NCBI GenBank assembly: GCA_002269645.1
Contig: NIVC01002607.1
Span: 1-64,000, forward strand
From: Macrostomum lignano
Lineage: Eukaryota
Length of the DNA stretch: 64,000 nucleotides
Reading direction: 5' to 3'
The translations under genes were made by a program, and so were the position numbers. The notes beneath the pieces were generated by a model. That model worked only from the letters and a program-made list of their open reading frames with translations, was not told the origin of the DNA and searched no databases. Below, one piece after another: positions 40,501-49,113 of the stretch; positions within the stretch are counted from its first letter, which is position 1; each line of letters opens with the position of its first letter.

Positions 40501-42948
40501 CAGCTGTCTACATTCCCCAGCTGTCTTTAATTGCCCTGCTGTCTACAATTCCCTCAATTGTCTAAAATTCCCTAGCTGTCTACAATTCCCAAGCTGTCTA
40601 AAATTCCCCAACTGTCTTTAATTGCCCAGCTGTCTACAATTCCCCCAGTTGTCTAAAATTCCGTAGCTGTCTACAACTCCCCCAACTGTTTACAATTCCC
40701 CAACTGTCTATCATGCCCTCCAGCTGTCTACAATTCCCCAATATGAGGTCAAACGTTCACTCCATAAAAATTTGCACTTTAGCTTGTGCTCATGCTCAGC
40801 TGCATTCTTATATAACTGCCACTTTTCAGCTGGGACCACTACAGCTCCTGCAACCCAGAAGGACCTGAAAGGCAACAGCGCTTCGGAAGATTCAGGTGAG
40901 ATTCCAGATCGGAAGTTGAATTACAAATTTCTTACTTCAGTAGAGTAACTTCACCCTGTCATGCGATTCTCTTAGTTACTTCTAAGAAATGCCAAGTGCC
41001 ACTGGATTTTCTCCTTGATTTCTCCTTGTCCACTGACCTGAAAATATTTTACGTATTTTCGAGAGGACGTAAAATTAAAGATTGATTTTGCATTTTAGAT
41101 GAAAAGAAGCAGGGAGCGAAGGTCTATCCAGCTATTTCGGGTGAGTTTGAGTTTGAGTGAGTTTGAGTTTCTATAAACCAAAAACGCTGACTTGTGCTCT
41201 TGTTCTCACCTGCTGTGAATTCAATTTTAACTGTTTTAGATTCTTCACCTGCATGCTACTTCTTTTATGAGAGCGATTATCGGAATGATCATCCAGTACT
41301 AAAATCTAATAAGATGTCACACCTTATTTGCGCTACCGAGTGTGTGAGGCGTAATGTCAACGACAGGTACAAATATTTCGCCATCACTAACGGTAGCCGC
41401 TGCTACTGTAGATCGGAACTACCTCCAGCGATTTATAAATCTGGTGGCAAAAACTCGGATGTTTGTGGGCATCGATGTCAACAAAATTACAAGCAACCAT
41501 GCGGTAGCCCAATAGGAATCGTGTATTCAAATCTGACCACATCAAATACTCCTCCTATAACAGGCAAGTGTGGCTCAGCCATCTTCCATTCACCCAGCTC
41601 TCTACGATATTCGCACACTGTTTGACATTCACCCAACAGTATAAAATTACCCCAACTGCTGGAGATGTTTTGGTCTTGGTCAGAACTGCCAAGAGCTTCC
41701 AGCTTTTCTCCCTGATTTCATTTCCACCTGACCTGAAAATCTGTTTGAGCTGATGTGAAATGTTCTCTTCTAGAGTGCACCCACATATTTGTCCTTACAG
41801 ATAAATACGAGCAGGGAGCGAAGGTCTATCCAGTTATTCCGGGTGAGTTCACTATTTGAGTTCACTCTGATTCCTCTTGTGCAGTTTAATATTTCTGCTG
41901 GTTTCTGTTACCAAAAACGCTTGCTTGTGCACTTGTTCTCACCTGCCATTCAACTAATTTCAACTGTTTTAGACTCTCCAGTTGGATGCTACCCGTACGA
42001 TAATTCTATTTTTTTTCTACTTAAATCTAAATGGATGTCACACCTCATTTGCGCTACCGAGTGTGTGAAGCGTGATCTCTACGGCAGATTCAAATATTTC
42101 GCCATCACTAACGGTGACCGCTGCTTTTGTGAATCGGAACTACCTCCGGCGAGCGAAAAGATTTCCGTCAACGAACATTGTTCATATCGATGTCTACGAA
42201 ATTTCAAGCAAATATGCGGTAGCGGTACGGGAATTGTGTATTTTAAGCTGGAAACCACGAATACTCCTCATAAATCAGGCAAGTGTTCGGTCACATCACC
42301 GCCTGTGCATGATCTGGTGCTGACTTGAATGCAATCCAATTTGATTCTTTTCCGTTAAAAGCCGTTTGCAATTCACGTAACAGTCTGAAATAACCTGACA
42401 GTAAGTTCAATACAGAAAAAAAGGTCAATTTGGAAAGGCTTGTACTGCCGAGTATTGCTGAATTCTGAACAAATCTACGGATTCTATGCAAGTTTTTGTT
42501 TGTCCGTTGATATGCAGGAAAAACTAAAGCGAGATCTGTCAGAGTCCAAGATTCGGAGAGATTTGGAGGGATTGTTTAAGATTTTAAGGAAACTGTAAGC
42601 TTAAGTGAATAAAAAATCAAAATCAAAATAAATAAATATTGCTCAGCTGTCTACAATTCCCTGGCTATCTACAATTCCCTGGCTATCTACAATTCCCCAG
42701 CTGTCTACAATTCCCCAGCTGTCTACAATTCCCCAGCTGTCTACAATTCCCCAATCTGTGTGCAGATATGCACTCCGCATTCCCTTGATGTCTGCACCCA
42801 TTCCTCAACTGACTGTAAACATCCAGTTACCCTTTATGACAAATTTCAGACAACTGACACGGCTGCTCCGAGGCCAGTGGAGCGGTCCGGTGCTGCACAG
42901 AATCCGGCAGGTGACCCAAAGCGAACTGACAGCGTCTCGGCTCTTTGA
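19554..42948 (+). CDS. Predicted secreted multi-WSC-domain / mucin-like modular protein (about 1600 aa if all exons are included)
   Basis: Exon 1 19554-19635 MFRTVLLLFCMSAAIYGALSCPSSKKK (signal-peptide-like, phase-1 GTGAGT donor). Linker exons 19724-19807 and 19914-19997. Ten 66-nt exons between 20590 and 31934. WSC exons 32330-32662, 33060-33368, 34752-35060, 35983-36300, 36555-36869, 37445-37750, 38326-38631, 39207-39512, 41240-41563, 41973-42278. 42-nt micro-exons at 32749, 34638, 36392, 37273, 38154, 39035, 41099, 41801. Linkers 40029-40094 and 40830-40895; less certain ones at 35171-35251, 35311-35409, 40299-40352. Likely last exon 42827-42948 (stop). All internal exon lengths are multiples of 3, phase 1-1. 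Confidence 0.75.
20140..31750. repeat. Intronic 17-18 bp minisatellite (CCCCAGCTGTCTACAATT) in 0.7-1.8 kb exon-containing tandem units, with a 2484-bp higher-order duplication
   Basis: Exon spacings are 1414, 1756, 1811, 673, 1811, 673, 1246, 1092 and 803 bp. 23760-26243 is repeated at 26244-28727. Confidence 0.92.
20590..31934 (+). CDS. Ten tandem 66-nt exons encoding (A)GTNAAPTSQDTSKVKTTLEDP-like Ser/Thr-rich repeats
   Basis: Exons start at 20590, 22004, 23760, 25571, 26244, 28055, 28728, 29974, 31066 and 31869. Each has a CCACTTTTCAG acceptor and a CCAG|GTGAGA donor, and none contains a stop. Confidence 0.75.
32330..42278 (+). CDS. Ten WSC-domain exons
   Basis: Each shows the WSC cysteine pattern: (G)CY..MSH(R/L)(V/I)CAxEC..KYF..CxC..CxxxC..CG(G), for example GCY..VCALEC..NCLC..CSYRC..SCGG. 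Confidence 0.9.
33470..34440. repeat. CCCCAGCTGTCTACAATT minisatellite in the intron after WSC2 (also 40450-40740 and 42645-42755)
   Basis: Same unit as the 20-32 kb array. Confidence 0.9.
35410..35905. repeat. 22-bp minisatellite CAGCATGTCAGAACAGTTCCCT
   Basis: Tandem array; isolated copies also at about 20085-20130, 32030-32060 and 43755-43800. Confidence 0.92.
36650..39720 (+). repeat. 881-bp near-identical tandem units (micro-exon + WSC exon + introns)
   Basis: WSC exon starts at 37445, 38326 and 39207 (period 881); only a few nucleotide differences between copies. Confidence 0.93.
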
Positions 42949-44050
42949 TTTTCTAGCAAACATTTTCAATGGAATTTAGCTCAGTGTGATTACTGTAGGA
43001 TTCATTTTCATACTGTAGGCACGTGCTTTTAAGCATGATGCATTGGAATTTAGCTCAGTGTATGATTACTGTAGGATTCATTTCATACTGTAGGCATGTG
43101 CTTTTAAGCATGATGCATTTTGTAAGCCAGCCAGCATTTCAGTTCCTTGCCTGTAGCTATAGGGAATAGGTTCCAAGCAGTGGCATTATTCTTATCAAAT
43201 GTGATATATTGTAGCTCAGCCAATCGCTCTTTTCAGTTGAACTCAAATTTCAAGCTAACAAGTACGAGCGTATGTACATGTCCTTGAGTTCTTTTTCTTA
43301 CGTAGCTCAGTAGCTCTGTCTGCTTGCAAAAGGTACTTTATTTGTATTTCAATGCGCATAGTCAAAACCAATAAAATCTGCGTGCTCATTCACCAGCTTC
43401 TCCCTAAGTAATCTCTGTGTTTCTCTTAATAAGAAACTCAAACATAAAGCAAGAACTATATTGGGAATTTTTAGGGAATTAATAGCAAAAACTGAGACTG
43501 ATAATACTGAAGAATTATTTGAATTAAGCAGAGTGTCAAAATACTAGGTAAAAAGGTACACTTGTATTCAATTTGTAATCTGCTTGAAATAGAATGATCA
43601 TTGCATTGAATTCAGTGGGGTTGCAGCCTACTGGTAAACCTGTTGTTGAGACGTTACCGTAAGCAGAATCGCTAAAGAGTCATTGCTAAAAAAACTCACT
43701 AATGAATTTAGCGACTCTGTGTCTAAAATAGAAACGTCGCTAAAAGTCCCTCAGTTCCCTCAGCATGTCAGAACACTTCCCTCAGCATGTAAGAACAGTT
43801 CATAGTGGTGTTCCTAGTGGTCCTTCTCTCCAATTTTTACTTTTCTATTGTTCTCGGTTCTCCCCAATTATCCCCGATTCCCATTTCCTTTGTTCTCGAC
43901 CCGAACCCCATTGTTCTCAATGTTTGCTTGCGCGACACTTTCTCGACCCTCCGCTGTGCTCATTATCCTCCCACCCCACCTCCGGATTGCGCAATTTTCC
44001 CATTTCTCATGTTGCAATGGCATTCTTATGTTTCTCATCATGACTTATTC

Positions 44051-44128
44051 TGACGTCATTTCTCCGGCAGCCAATCAGAGAGAGGGAGTCATGGAAACGA
44101 CCTTGGAGCGGCTGGGAAGGCTATTTAA
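44051..44128 (+). promoter_or_regulatory. Promoter-like cluster: CRE (TGACGTCA), CCAAT box, TATA-like TATTTAA
   Basis: TGACGTCA at 44051, AGCCAATCAG at 44069, TATTTAA at 44122. Downstream donor-like GTGAGC (44284) and GTAAGT (44525). Confidence 0.45.
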
Positions 44129-44428
44129 GGAAGCGTTTTTCGGCGTGACAACCCTTAAAAGTCTTCGTCTCTCTTCTCGTCCTTCTTTGGACTTGCTGTC
44201 AGACATTGATCTGACCCATTCGTCTATAAGACGAATCATTTCCGTCCGCGGTCTGATACCGCCAAGTTCCCTCAGATCCCTAAGTGAGCTCGTCTGCCGG
44301 CCAGCGGTCTGATACCGCCCAGCACCTTCAGCATCGCCTGAACTACATCAGCGCCTCGTCGCTTCAGCGCATCGCCGCTTCACTACCTGCCTGTCTGCAG
44401 CCAACAGCCGCCCACGGTCACTCCGTCG

Positions 44429-44434
<6 letters not shown>

Positions 44435-44512
<78 letters not shown>
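44435..44512. repeat. (CT)n microsatellite
   Basis: About 39 perfect CT units. Confidence 0.98.
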
Positions 44513-44516
<4 letters not shown>

Positions 44517-45657
44517 AGCTGCCAGTAAGTTCCTGTACTGATTTGTGCTCTAATTGCCTTTACTTATCCGGGGTTTGCTTATTTCCCATTGCTTGATTAG
44601 AGAGCTGAGCCAATTGTGATACCGTATCTTTGCTGTATTTTACTCGATAGTGAAGCCGCCTGATTGCCTGTTTATTTTGCCTAGAGGGCCTAATTATTAA
44701 CCATTACTAAAATCCTCATTATTCGCACTTTCACCGTCATTTCATTCATGGCTTGCTAAGCCTTTCTCCCTGGGTGGCAAAGCATAAGGAAGTTTGGGTA
44801 AGCTAATGGCCTCTCCCCGTGCAAAGAGAGGTCTGGTAGTGAGATCCAGGTGCGCCAGGTCACATAGAGTGGTGGCAGCCACTCGGTCATGCTATGAGCG
44901 AGTGACCAACTATTGCACCTTGGCTACAGGTAGGGTCCATGTGGGTCCTTGGCCCTCTGGTCACGAAAGCGCTACCAAAGCTATCAATCATGTGGGCGGG
45001 ACAGTCTGGTGCTGGAGGTTCGTCAGGTCATTGCCCGGTCATAGGCAGCCTACGGTCATTGTCCCCTATGGTCATACGTTTGCCTCCAAGCGGAGCGGAC
45101 GGGCACCAAGGTCTTGGCTGCTAGGGCTGGTCCTTGTTAATTCATTCCATCAATATAATCGTGCCGCTATCGCTATAAATGACTACTTTTAGTTTCAAGC
45201 ACAGATATTAGATTAACTAGATGCGCCACTCAGCACATTTGCGTGTAAGCTACTGTCAGTTCAGTAGGAAGTTAAAGAGAAGCATTTTAATGTATTTTTA
45301 AAGCCAAGGCTCATTTATTGGCTCTTAGCCCCAGCTTAGATCCTGCAACTGCATTCCATTGCAAGAGCAAAATTATAGCTATATTTAAAATATTTATATA
45401 CTTAAAACGCTTTTATCTATAATACAAGCTTAAAATTGGGTTATCTCTATATGCTGTTTTGTTTATCTAATTAAATTAATATTCAGATACTGAGTATCTG
45501 ATTGGTCAAGCACATTCTAGAAGTCTTTTTGCAACCAAAGGTTTGAAAAATCATTATTTGCAGTACTTACTTGCATCACTTTGGATAACCACACATAGTC
45601 GGGAATGAGAATATAACATGCTAATACAGATTATTAATATAATTAGTAGATAACAGT

Positions 45658-45946
45658 AGATCCTCAGTTGCTGGGCCAGCCTCCCAGATCCTCAGTTGTT
45701 GATTGACCAGCCTCCCAGATCCTCAGTTGCTGGGCCAGCCTCCCAGATCCTCAGTTGTTGATTGACCAGCCTCCCAGATACCCATTTGTTGATTAGCCAG
45801 CCTCCCAGATCCTCAGTTGTTGGTTGGCCAGCCTCCCAAATCCTCAGTTCCTGGGCCAGCCTCCCAAATCCTCAGTCGCTGGGCCAGCCTCCCAGATCCA
45901 TAGTTGCTGAGCCAGCCTGCCAGATCCTCAGTTGCTGTGCCAGCCT
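45658..45946. repeat. Minisatellite CCAGCCTCCCAGATCCTCAGTTG, left half of the Gypsy target array
   Basis: Same family as 16095-16710; ends ...GTGCCAGCC next to the LTR. Confidence 0.9.
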
Positions 45947-45952
45947 TTGAAA

Positions 45953-46499
45953 TTTGTTTGAAAAACGCCAAGTCAATGAATTAGGGTAGTTTGAAACTAA
46001 GCTATATTTTAGCGGCAGCGCGCTCCTAGGGTCTTGTGTTCCTAAATGAAAAGATTCGAAGCTTAGCAAACAAAGGAGAGTACTGTATCGCGTCGCATAA
46101 ACCATAGACTATTTTTGAAGTAAAATTCTATACTTTGCAGTAGTCATAGCAACACGCAACACCCCCACCGATGCTTATACAGTGCAGTTCAAAGTTACGC
46201 CTCAAGCAATTCAGTAATAAGTCAATCGTTCCGGACGTCGCCTGACTCGCGTGCTCCTACGGAACTCGAGCACACCCTGTTCCTTGTGCCTAGGCGACTG
46301 CATTGCATGGCGCATTGGACTTGTGGTAGCACTGACTTGGCACGTAGTTGCATCAGTATCACGAGGGGTGATCCCAGACTGCTTCGAATCATCAATCGGT
46401 AGTTCCTCTGTACGAGCAGTAGCATCGGACTGGTGCACTAATCGTCCTTCTGCGTCTCGGAAAGTATTTGTACCAACTGTAGACTTCAGCTCAGACGGG
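45953..46499 (-). mobile_element. Gypsy 3' end: 3' LTR (45953-46161), PPT-like GGTGGGGG (46162-46169), integrase C-terminus (46211-46499)
   Basis: LTR is about 97% identical to 15886-16094. ORF ends ...GTNTFRDAEGRLVHQSD...RRSTRVRRRPERLTYY*, a typical Gypsy integrase tail. Confidence 0.88.
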
Positions 46500-46796
46500 C
46501 CATGCATGATCTTCAGGATTATAGTAAGGGTCATAGCAGCGGGTCGATTAATAAAAAATGAAATCAATAAAACAAAATTAATTGCAATAACAGTTGTTTG
46601 GAAAAATTCTCATTTAAATCGTCACTGGCCAGCTACTTCAAAAAGTTTTTTGAGCTGAGTGAGAGTTTATTTCTTGGTTATCTTCACAATTTTTCTACCA
46701 AAATGTGAATTAATTATTGACAGTTTTTAAAAAAAATGAGTACACATCTATTATCAAGTTCCGTTATCTCGCTATCTCAAAGTACAACTGCAGTGT

Positions 46797-48058
46797 TCAC
46801 TTGCTCAGCGTCACCAAGCTGCTCTTGTAGCGACTGTGGCTGCTGTGCTTCATCATAGCCTCCCTGGGCGGCACCTCGTATTTGCTGTCAACCCGAGCTC
46901 GCTCTTCAACGTTGTAAACCAATTGTTCGCGCCTGTCCAAGTAGAGCGAGTCATCGTGCTCGTGGTTTGGGATCATGCCGATTGCGGCGTTCTGGGTTTA
47001 GGGTTGCAGTTAGATCACGTGTGTATCTTGTTTGCTTATCTCTCTCCTGTCTCTTCTCACCCTTCATTTGTTCCCCATCTGTCTGTCTCAGTGACTCTCC
47101 TGTCTCTTCTCACCCTTCATTTGTTCCCCATCTGTCTGTCTCAGTGACCCTCCTGTCTCTTCTCACCCTTCATTTGTTCCCCATCTGTCTGTCTCAGTGA
47201 CTCTCCTGTCTCTTCTCACCCTTCATTTGTTCCCCATCTGTCTGTCTCAGTGACTCTCCTGTCTCTTCTCACCCTTCATTTGTTCCCCATCTGTCTGTCT
47301 CAGTGACTCTTCCTGTCTCTTCTCACCCATCATCTGTTCTTGTCTGTCTGTCTCAGTGACTCTTCCTGTCTCTTCTCACCCTTCATCTGTTCCTTGTCTG
47401 TCTGTCTCAGTGACTCTCCTGTCTCTTCTCACCCTTCATCTGCTCCTTATGTGTTCGTCTCAGTGACTCTCCTGTCTCTTCTCACCCTTCATCTGTTCCT
47501 TGTCTGTCTGTCTCAGTGACCCTCCTGTCTCTTCTCACCCTTCATCTGTTCCTTGTCTGTCTGTCTCAGTGACTCTCCTGTCTCTTCTCACCCTTCATTT
47601 GTTCCTTGTCTGTCTGTCTCAGTGACTCTTCTGTTTCTTCTCACCCTTCATTTGTTCCTTGTCTGTCTGTCTCAGTGACTCTTCTGTTTCTTCTCACCCT
47701 TCATTTGTTCCTTGTCTGTCTGTCTCAGTGACTCTTCTGTTTCTTCTCACCCTTCATCTGCTCCTGTCTCTCTGCTATTCTCCTATATACTAAAATTGTG
47801 ATGTCCTGCAAATCTATCTGTGCGTCTGTACCCGCACTCACCGTATTAATCAGTTCCCTATTTCGCATGTCTTGACGCCATTCTTGAACGTACAGTTTTG
47901 GAATCACTGGATGCGCCTGCGAGTGCCATGGGATCCTGCGCAAGTTTGTGCAGATTTTTATGTTATAATTGTTTTCTACACATTGTAAATCGTGTCAAAA
48001 CTTACCGAACATCGTTACCCTGAGTTAGGGCATTGCAGGGCCTACTGTTTGCAGCCAT
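46797..48058 (-). CDS. TEX43: TEX43/SPMIP10-like microtubule inner protein; exons 48058-48006, 47935-47842, 46991-46797 (113 aa)
   Basis: MAANSRPCNALTQGNDVRIPWHSQAHPVIPKLYVQEWRQDMRNRELINTNAAIGMIPNHEHDDSLYLDRREQL...HSSHSRYKSSLV. It matches my recollection of human TEX43 motifs (MIPRRYVMPWKENM, EDSLFL, HSPLSRYQS). GT-AG introns with matching phases (2, 0). Confidence 0.75.
47035..47765. repeat. About 53-bp pyrimidine-rich minisatellite in TEX43 intron 2
   Basis: CTCAGTGACTCTCCTGTCTCTTCTCACCCTTCATTTGTTCCCCATCTGTCTGT tandem units. Confidence 0.95.
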
Positions 48059-48398
48059 TACGCTCGTATTCTTTTGATTAGAAAAAATATTGAATCTAGG
48101 AAAAATATAGAAATTCAACCTTTGCTATATTTGCCTTCTTTCGTCTGAAATATAACGGGCTCAATATATGCTTAGGGATTGAATTCACTCTGAAGTTTTC
48201 TTGCCGTCTCGTTGCTAGGCAGGGCGAGGGCAGTGAGTGAGGGAGAAGGCGACAGGGGTAGAGAGAACGGGACTTTGATGCACTTATCAGACAATGGCCT
48301 ATTTACTGTACACTGCATATACTGCGTACATGAATTCTGCGTACTTTGTCGTCTATTCTGTTATGTTAGCTGAGGCTTCGCGACAGTCTTTATGGGGC

Positions 48399-48745
48399 TC
48401 AGGACTGTCTTACTGAGTCTGATGCCTCAGGACTGTCTTAGTCTGATGCCTCAGGACTGTCTTACTGAGTCTGATGCCTCAGGACTGTCTTACTGAGTCT
48501 GGTGCCTCAGGACTGTCTTACTGAGTCTGATGCCTCAGGACTGTCTTACTTAGTCTGATGCCTCAGGACTGTCTTACTGAGTCTGATGCCTCAGGACTGT
48601 CTTACTGAGTCTGATGCCTCAGGACTGTCTTACTGAGTCTGATGCCTCAAGACTGTCTTACTGAGTCTGATGCTTCACAGGACTGTCCTACTGAGTCTGA
48701 TGCCTCAGGACTGTCTTACTGAATCTGATGCCTCAGGACTGTCTT
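48399..48745. repeat. 27-30 bp minisatellite CAGGACTGTCTTACTGAGTCTGATGCCT
   Basis: Same family as 51845-52860. Confidence 0.93.
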
Positions 48746-49113
48746 TATACCCCTTATCAATAAATCTGATTTTGAAGAAGGCATCGCACAAAAAGATCAC
48801 ACAGAAAACAGGATCAGTTTCTAGAGATTCAGCGATCGAAGCTTTCTATATTTATAAGTGTGTATAGAGTGCAAAGTTTAACAAAAAACAGCTGCAGAAT
48901 GCTTCATAAACAGAGAAGAAATATGAGTAACATTGTTGTGCTTCTATTGCAGTGCATTGATAAAATTGCGAGGTTACTTTTTGTTTCATATACATTACAT
49001 AATCGGACAATATTTTTCGATTAGTTATTAAATAATACTAGTACGAGCGTATATAGCCAAAAAGGTTAATATTCGCAGAACTTATTCGATGGCTCTGTAT
49101 CCTGTAATTGTTT

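Noticed and set aside
43805-44053. Hydrophobic ORF as a transmembrane last exon of the WSC gene
   Set aside because: No convincing phase-1 acceptor; the exon at 42827 already reaches a stop at 42948. A membrane isoform cannot be fully excluded.
15883-46161. A single giant LTR element bounded by the two LTRs
   Set aside because: The PBS and gag lie outside the left LTR and the PPT and integrase lie outside the right LTR, so the interval between them is host DNA, not element interior.
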